From the NCBI GenBank assembly GCA_965223585.1, contig CBDCWW010000010.1, positions 55,165-119,164 of the forward strand: 64,000 nt of DNA. The letters run 5' to 3'. The stretch comes from Trueperaceae bacterium. Lineage in GTDB: Bacteria > Deinococcota > Deinococci > Deinococcales > Trueperaceae. The translations under genes and the position numbers were made by a program. Below the pieces are notes generated by a model, which saw only the letters and a program-made list of their open reading frames with translations, did not search any database and was not told the origin of the DNA. The stretch's first letter is position 1, and each line of letters begins with the position of its first letter. Below, piece by piece: positions 17,778 to 27,613 of the stretch.

Positions 17778-19225
17778 TCCTGCTAAAAATTGCTTTTCGT
17801 AACTTACGTGAGCATAGAACCAAGACGCTTATTATTGGAACCTTAATTGCCTTGGGGATTGCCTTTCTTGTGGTAGGGAGCTCTGTTATGGAGACTATCA
17901 CAAAAGGAATGAGAGATACCTACAGCGAAAGCTTCACAGGTGATTTGATTCTAAGGAATGCTACTGATGAAGATGTTTTTTTTATAAGTGGGTTTAGAGG
18001 AACTACACCACCACTGGAAAACTATGCTGAAATTGTTGCCTATTTAGAGCAGCAGGATTCTGTAGAAGATTTTACTCCACTTGTAACAGGATCTGCCTCT
18101 ATTAATAATGAAGAAGAAAGCCTTTCATTTGCTTTTTTGTGGGGGATTCAACCAACAGATTATCGTGAGATGTTCTCAGACACCTTTGTTATAACTGCTG
18201 GCGAAGACCTAAAAGATAATAAAGAAGGTATTGTACTCTCACAACAAGTGGTAGATGATGTTTTTAAAGAAACTGCACAACAGCTTAAGCCCGGAGACAC
18301 AGTTTTACTTTCAGGCCAAAATGACGCCACTGGGACGAAAATACGGGAAGTTACCATTCAAGGAATTGGTCATTTTAAAAACAATGCAGGATTTCTGGGC
18401 AATGTTTCATTTGTAGATATAAGTACCTTACGCACTCTCTATGGTCTGACTGCTGTAAAAGAAGCTCTCAGCAATGAAACAGTTACAGATATTTCCTTTG
18501 CAGAAGATTTACTTTTTGGTGGGGGCTCTTTGGTTACTGATGTAACTGAAAACACAGCTAACAATACAAACTCTTCAATTGACTTTGAGAATATTCTTGG
18601 TGATACCTCAATAAGGGATCAGTATTTGCTTTTAGATAATGATGCATGGCATTTTATTTTGCTAAAAGTTGCTGAAGGTTATTCCACAGCTGATTTAAGT
18701 AATCAATTATCGTCAAACAAAGAAATTTTGGGCGATGAATTGTTAGTAGAAAACTGGCGTTGGGGAGCTGGATTTCCTGCAGAAATAGCCTATAGCATTC
18801 GAAATATCTTATATGGTGCGATATTGGTTATTGCCATAGTTGCAGTTATTATCATTATGAATACACTGGTTATTTCAGTTACAGAAAGAATTCCTGAAAT
18901 AGGTACTGTAAGAGCAATCGGAGGACAACGCTTTTTTGTAAGGGCAATGATTACTCTTGAAGTCCTCATGATTACCATAGTTTTTGGCCTTATTGGCATT
19001 GCAATTGGCATTGCAATAATCGGAGTGCTTAACACCATAGGACTCACAGCGTCAAATGTATTCTTCCAGATACTGTTTGGTGGTGCTACTCTAAAACCTA
19101 TTTTGTCAGTTACATCACTTATAAACTCCCTATTCATAGTAGTTTTCATTGGCATTCTAGCAAGCCTTTATCCAGTTTCTGTTGCATTAGGCATTACGCC
19201 AGTGCAAGCGATGCAGAAGAAGTAA
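17774..19225 (+). CDS. FtsX-family ABC permease (large periplasmic domain)
   Basis: 483 aa with FRNLREHRTKT at the N-terminus and C-terminal ERIPEIGTVRAIGG plus 3 TM segments. Confidence 0.8.
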   Translation: MILLKIAFRNLREHRTKTLIIGTLIALGIAFLVVGSSVMETITKGMRDTYSESFTGDLILRNATDEDVFFISGFRGTTPPLENYAEIVAYLEQQDSVEDFTPLVTGSASINNEEESLSFAFLWGIQPTDYREMFSDTFVITAGEDLKDNKEGIVLSQQVVDDVFKETAQQLKPGDTVLLSGQNDATGTKIREVTIQGIGHFKNNAGFLGNVSFVDISTLRTLYGLTAVKEALSNETVTDISFAEDLLFGGGSLVTDVTENTANNTNSSIDFENILGDTSIRDQYLLLDNDAWHFILLKVAEGYSTADLSNQLSSNKEILGDELLVENWRWGAGFPAEIAYSIRNILYGAILVIAIVAVIIIMNTLVISVTERIPEIGTVRAIGGQRFFVRAMITLEVLMITIVFGLIGIAIGIAIIGVLNTIGLTASNVFFQILFGGATLKPILSVTSLINSLFIVVFIGILASLYPVSVALGITPVQAMQKK

Positions 19226-19242
19226 GGAGAAGATTTATAATT

Positions 19243-20580
19243 ATGCAGTCAATAAGAATTGCCTTTAAGAATGTTTTAGGACAAATGAATAGAACACTGC
19301 TTTTAGGAGGAGCAATTGCTTTTGGTTTCTTTGTATTTACTATTATAAATGGTTTTACCAACGGTTTAATACGCACCGTTGAAGAAAATTTTTCCAACAC
19401 CTTTGGAGGACACATTTATGTGTCTGGCACAGAGGTAAGCAGCAGAGGAAACGAGATATTTATAATCAGAAAGCCTCAAACTATATACGAAGCCTTACCT
19501 ATAATAGAAGATCAAGTTCTTTCTTACAATACACGTTCATCTGCAAACACAAGTCTGATTTTTGGGAATGCCGAAGAAAATCAAAACTTGATTGGAGTTG
19601 ATTTCAATCAGGAGAAGGAATTTTTAGATAGCCTTAATTTTGTTGAGGGTAATGCCAATGATTTTCTAGCTAATGAGTTAGGTGTACTCTTGCCAGAAGA
19701 TACTTTTGAGGACCTTGGTATTGAAGTAGGTGAGAGTGTAATTATCAAAACAACTACTATCAACGGTCAACAAAATGTTGGAGATGGAATAGTTGTTGGC
19801 AGCATTGTAAGCGAAGAGAGTTTTGGAACCTCATCAGGCTATATCCACATTGCTACGCTTAACAATTTGCTGGATATGAGTTCAGATCAATTTCAAACAC
19901 TTAACATATATCTAAAAGACATCGGTGTTATTGAAAGTGCTACAGATGTTTTACATAAGGAACTTTCATCTCTTGCAGAAACTGAACCTAGAGATAGTGA
20001 TGATGGTGAAGACCGTATGCAAAACCACATAATGCGTATGATGGGTTTCAGTCAGTTGAACAGCGTGGATGAATCTGAAAGATGGTCTGGGACTAAATTT
20101 AGTTTATCTACCCTCAATGACAGGATGGATAACGTTATGGCACTGATAAGTATCATGGACATCATTGGTTTAGTTATCTTCTTTGTCATACTTAGCATCA
20201 TTATGGTGGGTGTCATGAATTCCTATCGGATGGTTATGCTGGAAAGAACAGCAGAAATCGGAACCATGCGAGCTATGGGCATACAAAAGGGAGGAGTTCG
20301 CGATATATTTATTGGCGAAGCCTTCTTCATCGCTCTAGGAGGAGCAATTGTTGGTTTAGTGTTATCCTTTCTCTTCATGGCTGGAGTAAGCCTATATGAA
20401 TTTAGCTCGAGTCATTTCACACTCTTTCTGCGCCAAGGACACTTACAGTTTGCCATAGCAGCTTCTGAAATAGTTGGCAATATCCTTACACTTTGTCTAG
20501 TAAGTATTGCCTCAGTTTACCTGCCTGCACGGGCTGCTGCGAATCTAAAGCCAGCAGAGGCCCTTCGGACAAGTTACTAG
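19243..20580 (+). CDS. FtsX-family ABC permease
   Basis: 445 aa with C-terminal ERTAEIGTMRAMG plus 3 TM segments, ending in PAEALR. Confidence 0.8.
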   Translation: MQSIRIAFKNVLGQMNRTLLLGGAIAFGFFVFTIINGFTNGLIRTVEENFSNTFGGHIYVSGTEVSSRGNEIFIIRKPQTIYEALPIIEDQVLSYNTRSSANTSLIFGNAEENQNLIGVDFNQEKEFLDSLNFVEGNANDFLANELGVLLPEDTFEDLGIEVGESVIIKTTTINGQQNVGDGIVVGSIVSEESFGTSSGYIHIATLNNLLDMSSDQFQTLNIYLKDIGVIESATDVLHKELSSLAETEPRDSDDGEDRMQNHIMRMMGFSQLNSVDESERWSGTKFSLSTLNDRMDNVMALISIMDIIGLVIFFVILSIIMVGVMNSYRMVMLERTAEIGTMRAMGIQKGGVRDIFIGEAFFIALGGAIVGLVLSFLFMAGVSLYEFSSSHFTLFLRQGHLQFAIAASEIVGNILTLCLVSIASVYLPARAAANLKPAEALRTSY

Positions 20581-20597
20581 TTTTTAAGGATTTAGCA

Positions 20598-21344
20598 ATG
20601 AAACGAATTATTATTACACTTATAGGAATAGGGTGTTTTTTTTGCGTAGCAAACTCACAAAGTCAAGATTTTGAGCAAATTCTACAACTTATTGACACTC
20701 GCAGCAATTTCCAAGGTGACCTTGCTACAACAGTATCTTTAGAAATAAAAGACCCAGACGAAGGCGATGATTCAAGAACAGCACAGATGTTTCGCAGAGA
20801 TGCTGAAGATACTTTTCTCATACTTATCCAGAAACCTGCTGTTGAATTGGGACAGGGGTATTTACTAATAGATAATAGCCTGTGGTTTTATGATCCCGAA
20901 AGTCGTCGATTCACTCATACATCTATGAGTGAGAGCTTTGAAAATAGTGGTGCCAGACATTCTGATTTTGGTAGTTCTACTCTAGCTGAAGATTATGATG
21001 TGCTCTCAACAACAGAAGCAAAATTAGGTAACTTCGATGTTTGGGTGCTCGAGCTAGAGGCAGTGCATTCAGAGGTGACTTATCCTTTTAGAACAATTTA
21101 TGTCACTAAAAACAACAATCTTCTCTTAAAAAGTGACGATTATAGTCTGACAAAGCGTTTGTTAAGAACATCTTATTATCCAAGCTATGCAAAAGCAGGT
21201 GATAGTTACATTGCAGAAAAAATGATATTTGTTGATGCTTTAGTAGAAAATAAATCTACCAGCATCACCCTATCTAACATCTCCACCGCAAAAATTCCAG
21301 ATTCCGTATTTACTAAGGCATATGTAGAACGTGTCAATAGATAG
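20598..21344 (+). CDS. LolA-like outer membrane lipoprotein-sorting protein family
   Basis: Start moved to the ATG at 20598 (signal peptide MKRIIITLIGIGCFFCVANS). Central LWFYDPESRR motif and a size typical of the LolA_like family. Confidence 0.6.
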   Translation: MKRIIITLIGIGCFFCVANSQSQDFEQILQLIDTRSNFQGDLATTVSLEIKDPDEGDDSRTAQMFRRDAEDTFLILIQKPAVELGQGYLLIDNSLWFYDPESRRFTHTSMSESFENSGARHSDFGSSTLAEDYDVLSTTEAKLGNFDVWVLELEAVHSEVTYPFRTIYVTKNNNLLLKSDDYSLTKRLLRTSYYPSYAKAGDSYIAEKMIFVDALVENKSTSITLSNISTAKIPDSVFTKAYVERVNR

Positions 21345-21353
21345 TAAATCTTT

Positions 21354-22652
21354 ATGAAAGTCATTTTTTTTATGAGCATATTGCTTTTTGTCTTCGCATG
21401 GTCGCAGGAAAGCAGTTTAGACGAGGAGCTTTTTGGTGGAGGAGACTCAACTGGAGATGAGGAATCTATTGTTTCTGAAGTGGAAGATGACCCGGAATCT
21501 AATCTTGCCGATGAACTTTTGGCAAGCGAGAAAATAGCTATCGGCGGTACTCTTACTATAGATGGTGAGGTTAGCCTCGATCTCGATTCCGATAGTGAAG
21601 ATTCCCTTTCGAGTGGTTTCACAGACTTCAAAGCTCGCTTATACCTTGATGCTAGACCAAATAGTGACCTGAGAGCATTTGTTAAAGGTGATATTGTTTA
21701 TGACACTTCAGATGGAGTGTCATTTGACCTAAGAGAAATGTTTGCTGATGTAGGTATTAGTGATACTGTTTTCTTGAGAGCAGGTAAGCAAACCATCAAT
21801 TGGGGGGTGGGGTTCTTTTTTAGCCCTGCCAACATTATTAATCTAGAAAACATAGACCCTGAAGACCCTAAAGAAGAATTAGCAGGCCCAGTTGCTTTTA
21901 AAGCACAATTACCTTTAGGAACTAGTAATTTATCGGGCTATCTACTTTTAGATGAAATTGAAGAGGATAATCCTGTTGCATTTGCTTCACGTTATGAGTT
22001 TTTACTAGATTCAATGGAAATTACTGTAGGAGGAGTTTATCAATATGATAATCCTTGGTCAGTTATGGTGACTGGCACACGTAATTTTGGTGATATTGGC
22101 TTTTTTGCTGAAGCTGTACTTGAAGGGAATAGTAATAAGGTTTTTTTGGTTGAAGACTCGAGCAAACCTTCAGGAATAGGCACAGAAACAAGACCTGATA
22201 AATTGTTCCTCTCTGGTACAATTGGTGGTAACTATAGCTATACTACAGATGACGATATGTTTTCAGTTGCACTCACTGCTCAATACTTTTACAATGGTTT
22301 AGGATACTCTGATTCCAGTCTCTATACTAAAAATCCAGCTGCCTTAACCACACTTATAGAACAGGGCGCTTTAAGTTTTAGTGATCTTCGAGAGCGAGGT
22401 CAGCATTACGGTGCTGCAAGAGTAAGTTTTAACAATATTGTAGACACAGATTTGACCCCGTCATTACTATGGATAGGCAATTTGAACGATGGATCAGGCA
22501 TAGTTGATATTAGTTTGCGATACAGCGGTATAGATAACCTAACTCCAAGTATTAGCTATAAATATAACTATGGTGTAGAAGGATCAGAATACAGTAATAG
22601 TGGTTCTGGACACAGCCTAACTGCGGGTCTTGCCATAAATGCAGTTTTTTAA
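21354..22652 (+). CDS. Putative outer-membrane beta-barrel protein
   Basis: Signal peptide, acidic N-terminal linker, alternating beta-strand-like pattern, and a C-terminal aromatic residue (..AINAVF). Confidence 0.45.
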   Translation: MKVIFFMSILLFVFAWSQESSLDEELFGGGDSTGDEESIVSEVEDDPESNLADELLASEKIAIGGTLTIDGEVSLDLDSDSEDSLSSGFTDFKARLYLDARPNSDLRAFVKGDIVYDTSDGVSFDLREMFADVGISDTVFLRAGKQTINWGVGFFFSPANIINLENIDPEDPKEELAGPVAFKAQLPLGTSNLSGYLLLDEIEEDNPVAFASRYEFLLDSMEITVGGVYQYDNPWSVMVTGTRNFGDIGFFAEAVLEGNSNKVFLVEDSSKPSGIGTETRPDKLFLSGTIGGNYSYTTDDDMFSVALTAQYFYNGLGYSDSSLYTKNPAALTTLIEQGALSFSDLRERGQHYGAARVSFNNIVDTDLTPSLLWIGNLNDGSGIVDISLRYSGIDNLTPSISYKYNYGVEGSEYSNSGSGHSLTAGLAINAVF

Positions 22653-22667
22653 GGTGAATATAAAAAT

Positions 22668-23360
22668 ATGAAAGCCAGCGTTCTAGTTATAGAAGATGAG
22701 GTTGAGTTGGGTGACCTCATCGCTATGTATTTAGAAAAAGAAGGTATAGAGGTGCGTACCTGTACTAGTGCTGAAGAAGCTGAAGAATTACTTTCACTTG
22801 CCGAGTTTGACCTTATAACATTAGACATCAATTTACCGGGTAAGGATGGGTTCGAATTCCTACAAAATTTTCGTCGTGAACACCATGTGCCAGTAATGAT
22901 TATCTCTGCTCGAGAAGCAGATGAAGACATCATTTTGGGTCTAGGAATTGGTGCAGATGAATTTGTAAGTAAGCCTTTTGCACCTCGAGTCCTAGTTGCT
23001 AGAATCAGAGCTATGCTTAGGCGGCATAAACAACCTGCCAACAAAAGAAGTATGATAAAGTTCCTTAGCTACACTTTAGATGTAGATGCTTTTCTTTTAA
23101 AGAAAGATGATGAAAGAATCACTCTCTCTGGCAAGGAGTTTGAGGTACTAAGTTATCTTGCTCAACATGCTGGTCGCACCTTTAGTAGTGATGAGATTTA
23201 CGAGGCAGTCTGGGGTAACAGTTATGGTGACTTAACCGCTGTTGGTGTATATATTCAGCGTCTTCGGAAAAAAATAGAGCCTAACCCAAAACATCCCACA
23301 GTTATTGAAACAGTTTTTGGAAAAGGTTACAGATTTAACGAAGACCTTCTTCAGAGGTAA
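22668..23360 (+). CDS. OmpR-family response regulator
   Basis: Receiver domain (DLITLDINLPGKDG) plus a winged-helix output domain (VIETVFGKGYRF). Confidence 0.9.
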   Translation: MKASVLVIEDEVELGDLIAMYLEKEGIEVRTCTSAEEAEELLSLAEFDLITLDINLPGKDGFEFLQNFRREHHVPVMIISAREADEDIILGLGIGADEFVSKPFAPRVLVARIRAMLRRHKQPANKRSMIKFLSYTLDVDAFLLKKDDERITLSGKEFEVLSYLAQHAGRTFSSDEIYEAVWGNSYGDLTAVGVYIQRLRKKIEPNPKHPTVIETVFGKGYRFNEDLLQR

Positions 23361-23362
23361 GA

Positions 23363-24718
23363 GTGAACCTAAAAACGCAATTCACACTTTTAATAGTAGG
23401 GATTTTCATAATTCCTTTATTAGTTGCATCAGGAATTATGGCTTTTCAGTTTTGGTCTATAAGGAATTCAGGGAATGGCTTTCGTGTGTTTCCAACAATA
23501 ATTCAAATGATTAAAAATACTTCTCCTGAAGATTTTCTAAATGGCAAATTTGATGCGTTGTCTGTACCAGAAAGTATGGGGCTAACAGTAGTAGATAAAA
23601 CAAACAATACTATAATTTTTTCAACCCAAGCCACATCTGATACTTTGTTAAGCAAGGAAGAATACTTGCTATCTCGAGCATTGGCAGACGGACTAGAAGA
23701 TTTTAGCTTGTTTAATATTTCAACTGACCAGAAGCAATTTCAATATTTGATTAGCTATCCTAGAGTTTTTAGAGGTTCTACCAACATTCATCCTCAAGCA
23801 TATATTTTAGCCATTTTTACTACCCTTCCCTTTATCATAATGCTTTTTCTAGCTATTGTTTTTTCACTGCTTATCATTAAAAGTATCAATAATAAAATAA
23901 GGAACTTGGAATATGCCACTACTCAAATCTCGTCTGGAAATCTTGGGTTTGAAATCCAAAGCAAAGGAAGTGATCAATTTGCTTCACTTGCTCATTCCCT
24001 TGATGAAATGCGTAAACAATTGAAAGATGAATATGTGCGAAGGTCTCGGTTTCTAATGAGCATTTCGCATGATCTTAAAACTCCTTTAGCATCAATCGAT
24101 GGATATATTGATGCTCTATTAGAAGGTTTTGGAGATAGTGAAAGTAAGCGAGATAAATTCCTTAAAATTATGAAGGAAAAATCTGTAACTCTTAATAAGC
24201 GGATTTCATCCCTTATAGATTTTGCCAAACTTACAACTTCTGAGTGGAATTTGAAATTGAAATCTACTTCTCTGAAGGGGTTTGTAGAAGATTTTATAGA
24301 TCTGTACACTACCGAAGCAGAAATGCAGGGCTTCCAAATTGATAGAAAAATATCAATTCCAAAAGAAGTTGAATTCCCTATGGATGAGCAACTAATATCT
24401 CGTGCTCTGGAAAATATTCTAAGCAATGCAATGAAGTTCTCAGATGAGAGAAAGCATATTGTTTTTAGTTTAGTGCAGACAAATGAAGCAGAATTACAAA
24501 TACAGATTCAAAATTATGGTCTAGGTATAGCAAAAGAACATCTGGATCTAGTTTTTGAGCCTTTTTTCCGAGAATCCTCAGGCAGAAATGAACTTGGAAC
24601 TGGTTTGGGTCTTGCCTCAGCGAAGTATATCATTGAGGCTCATGGCTGGAGTATTTCGGCCTCATCAGAGCTAGGAGAAATTACCAGCTTTATAATTCGT
24701 ATTCCAAGATTGATGTGA
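23363..24718 (+). CDS. Sensor histidine kinase (2 TM, HAMP, HisKA, HATPase_c)
   Basis: H-box SHDLKTPL, N-box NAMKF, G-boxes GLGIA and GTGLGL. The GTG start lies 3 nt after the regulator's stop. Confidence 0.85.
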   Translation: MNLKTQFTLLIVGIFIIPLLVASGIMAFQFWSIRNSGNGFRVFPTIIQMIKNTSPEDFLNGKFDALSVPESMGLTVVDKTNNTIIFSTQATSDTLLSKEEYLLSRALADGLEDFSLFNISTDQKQFQYLISYPRVFRGSTNIHPQAYILAIFTTLPFIIMLFLAIVFSLLIIKSINNKIRNLEYATTQISSGNLGFEIQSKGSDQFASLAHSLDEMRKQLKDEYVRRSRFLMSISHDLKTPLASIDGYIDALLEGFGDSESKRDKFLKIMKEKSVTLNKRISSLIDFAKLTTSEWNLKLKSTSLKGFVEDFIDLYTTEAEMQGFQIDRKISIPKEVEFPMDEQLISRALENILSNAMKFSDERKHIVFSLVQTNEAELQIQIQNYGLGIAKEHLDLVFEPFFRESSGRNELGTGLGLASAKYIIEAHGWSISASSELGEITSFIIRIPRLM

Positions 24719-24809
24719 TTTTATTTTATACGGTGGAAACTTTGGTAGTTTTGTAGGAGTAATCTTGAGGTTCAGGTAGTGGCCTCAAGTACTGTCAGAT
24801 CGTTTCTTC

Positions 24810-25343
24810 CTATAGGTTCTTTGAATAGAAACCATTTGGGTGGTGCAAACGTGAGAGTTGAAATGCTAGAGTTGCGATGAGCAGTACAAGAGCAGCCCCA
24901 ACACGCAAACCTACCGCCACCCTTTTTAGCATGACTGTATGTCCAACAATCTCGGCACTAAGCACAGCGACTATAAACGTAGTAATGTCAAGAATGAGGT
25001 AGTTAGTACCTAAAACTGCTGTGTAGCTGTAGAACACCACCACAATCAACACTGGGGACAGCAAGCAGCGAAAAGTTGTGGCAAGCAGCCAACCCGGTGG
25101 CCTGCCATAGAATCGATACTGGATTGGAGCGAGAAAGAGCGCCGGCCAGAAAGCCAATTTCATATGTTCCCAAGTGCTTTCATTTGTCGCAGCCAATACT
25201 GCTACCAAGGGTCTACGACCAGTCCACTCCCAAGCAAAGTGAAGGATAGAACCTGCCGTCACTACTGTCATTGTACTCACTATGATGCGAGGCCACGTGC
25301 TAGAGTTTGTATTGGTGTTTTTCATGGTAACTTGGCAACACAA
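24810..25343 (-). CDS. Small polytopic membrane protein, DUF6512-like (tentative)
   Basis: HFAWEWTG and NESTWEHMKLAFWP motifs. The start may be the internal ATG at 25325. Visibly GC-richer than its surroundings. Confidence 0.4.
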   Translation of the reverse strand: MCCQVTMKNTNTNSSTWPRIIVSTMTVVTAGSILHFAWEWTGRRPLVAVLAATNESTWEHMKLAFWPALFLAPIQYRFYGRPPGWLLATTFRCLLSPVLIVVVFYSYTAVLGTNYLILDITTFIVAVLSAEIVGHTVMLKRVAVGLRVGAALVLLIATLAFQLSRLHHPNGFYSKNL

Positions 25344-25379
25344 AGGTCCATATGAGATGAGATTGAAGTAATGGGATAG

Positions 25380-25775
25380 TTAGAGATTCATGTAAGTTAT
25401 TGTTAATTGTAATACTGTTGCAAATGATACCCATAACACATAAGGAGTATTCACATATGTCACCCAAGGGACATACGTATATATAACATAGAGTGCCCAC
25501 AAAAGAGTCCCGAGAACAAGAAGAATATCTATTGAGGCAAGTAGGTTATTTTTTAGGCCAAATTGTAGCGGAGTAAACGCCAAATTAAAAATAAGGTTAA
25601 GAATGAAAGGTAATAAAACTACAAAAGGTATAACTCCTTTGAAATATAAGTAGGCGACATAACCAAAAGAGATGAATATGATTGCATACAGGACACTCCA
25701 TACAGGACCAAAGATCCAAGAGGGTGGTGCCCACTCTGGCTTAATAAGTTTTTGATACCAATCATACGTTGACAT
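25380..25775 (-). CDS. tspO: TspO/MBR-family tryptophan-rich sensory protein, apparently lacking TM1
   Basis: WYQKLIKPEWAPPSWIFGPVWSVLY plus the downstream N..FN..F and W motifs. Only ~131 aa from the ATG at 25775 (the ORF extends to 25805). Confidence 0.65.
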   Translation of the reverse strand: MSTYDWYQKLIKPEWAPPSWIFGPVWSVLYAIIFISFGYVAYLYFKGVIPFVVLLPFILNLIFNLAFTPLQFGLKNNLLASIDILLVLGTLLWALYVIYTYVPWVTYVNTPYVLWVSFATVLQLTITYMNL

Positions 25776-26096
25776 ATATTCAATATAGCAATAAATCCCC
25801 TGCACTAATTCATCTCTATAAACTTTATTTCAAATATAATGCAGCATTAAGAATGCGTGAGTGCTCTGCGAACAAACTGGGATTCTTGCCCAACTCTTAA
25901 TTTACTTATTCACAGGTAGAAGGAACAGTGTAAGTAAAAATTACAGTCATAAACTACAATTAACATAGTAATGAAATATAAAGCAACAAAGCCTCTAGTA
26001 AAACTTAGTTCTTCCAAAAATCCTGTAACTTAGGGGAATGTATCTAAAAGTGATCTTCCCTGAGCTTAGTAAGGTTAAGTAAATGGATAAAATCAC

Positions 26097-26579
26097 ATGA
26101 CGAATCTCATGCTCTGGCTGATGCGTGGCTTGGCAGTTGGACACCTCGCTTGTGGCTTAATTTTTGTTCTTGTCGCCTTGCACATCATACGCTCGTCCTT
26201 TGCTGTCCTAACCTACATGTCGACTGGCACTGTCTGGTCCAACTTGTCTATGACGATATTCCTAACCATACAACATTCCTTGCCCTTTGTGCTGCTTGGC
26301 GGGTGGATGCTCATCCTCGGCAACCGTATCTGGAAAGGTACTCGCCCTGTTCGCACAATACTTCTTGTGACCCATGGCATCCTGCTCGTGATTGGCAGTC
26401 TTTCCGTCGTAATTGGCGTCTACGCTGTGCGCGGTGCCGAGATCAGCATAGCTCGGGGTGGCGGTCTCCTCAGCCCCCTTGCTTGGGTGCCGCTAATCTT
26501 CGGCATTGTCCTAGTAACCTTGGCCTTGCCCTCTATAGTCCTCGCTTTATACAGCAAAGTCCTTGCCTCCTGCGATTAG
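26097..26579 (+). CDS. Hypothetical 4-TM membrane protein (GC-rich patch)
   Basis: 160-aa hydrophobic ORF, preferred over the overlapping Arg/Cys/His-rich frame at 26150..26665. Confidence 0.45.
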   Translation: MTNLMLWLMRGLAVGHLACGLIFVLVALHIIRSSFAVLTYMSTGTVWSNLSMTIFLTIQHSLPFVLLGGWMLILGNRIWKGTRPVRTILLVTHGILLVIGSLSVVIGVYAVRGAEISIARGGGLLSPLAWVPLIFGIVLVTLALPSIVLALYSKVLASCD

Positions 26580-26863
26580 GCTTAATTGTCATAAACATTG
26601 CTTTGACCGGATACTTCACTACTTTGCAATTGCTTAATTGTGTCCTTAACGAGGTTAAATTTTAGTTCAAACTCTTATTTAATACGTTCATTTTGCTTTC
26701 TCTCATCATACTGGAGCTTTTCTTTAAAAAAGGGCAAGCTGTGTAAAGTGGATTGACATTCATTAGGGAGTTCACCTTCTTCGTCAAATCTTGATAAAGC
26801 TATAGGATAGTTTCGCTTAAAAAAACGGTGCTAGAGCTTTTTTTGAAGTGTTATACTGTGAGC

Positions 26864-27601
26864 ATGAATAAGTATCTAACAGGAGCTGTTTTGCTTATCG
26901 CTATCGTAGGGGTTGGAAGTTATTTGATGTATAGGTCTGCGTCTATAGTGCGTGGGTCTGGCAACATTATAACTGAAGCTCGAGATGTTGCAGGCTTCAA
27001 TCGGATTGAGTTAAGTGGCAGAGGAAACTTGCTCATTGATCAATCTGGGGACGAATCATTAAATATTGAGGCTGAGGATAATATAATCGATAGAATTGAA
27101 ACAGTAGTTGAGGGCAACACTCTTAAGATTCGATTTAAGAGGGAGTGGTCGATTCGACAACTCTGGCCAACTAAAGACATAAATTATCATCTTACTGTCG
27201 CTGACATAGAGCATATTGGTATTTCTGGCTCTGGCTATATTGAGACGGAGAATATCTCTACAGACGAACTAACAATTGGCATTAACGGTTCAGGCAAGGG
27301 TTCTTTGGGTGTAAGCGTAAAGAAGCTTGATCTCAATGTATCTGGCTCGGGAAGGTTTGTATTTAAAGGAACAGCAGAAGAACAAAAAGTTAATATAAAT
27401 GGTTCTGGTAACTATGATGCAAAGGATCTTGCCTCAAAGAAAGCTGAATTTCGCACCAGTGGTTCCGGTAAGGGAATTATAAACGCATCTGATGAATTGA
27501 GTGTAAATATCAGTGGAAGCGGGAATGTACGATACATCGGTTCGCCTGTCATTAGCCAAAAAATTTCTGGCTCTGGCAGCATCTCTCAATACAAAGAGTA
27601 A
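26864..27601 (+). CDS. DUF2807 / head GIN-domain (putative adhesin head) protein
   Basis: N-terminal TM segment followed by repeated GSG(N/K/R) strand pattern (SGSGxxxxxG). Start taken as the ATG at 26864. Confidence 0.55.
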   Translation: MNKYLTGAVLLIAIVGVGSYLMYRSASIVRGSGNIITEARDVAGFNRIELSGRGNLLIDQSGDESLNIEAEDNIIDRIETVVEGNTLKIRFKREWSIRQLWPTKDINYHLTVADIEHIGISGSGYIETENISTDELTIGINGSGKGSLGVSVKKLDLNVSGSGRFVFKGTAEEQKVNINGSGNYDAKDLASKKAEFRTSGSGKGIINASDELSVNISGSGNVRYIGSPVISQKISGSGSISQYKE

Positions 27602-27613
27602 AAACCACCTAAA

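Noticed and set aside
24745-24800. Hairpin CTTGAGG-N12-CCTCAAG between the convergent HK and DUF6512-like genes as a terminator
   Set aside because: The 7-bp stem has a large loop and no T-tract on either strand. It is plausible but not supportable as an intrinsic terminator.
26150-26665. 171-aa ORF overlapping 26097..26579 in another frame
   Set aside because: Its Arg/Cys/His/Pro-rich composition is typical of an out-of-frame read of a GC-rich membrane-protein gene. The 26097 frame gives clean TM helices.
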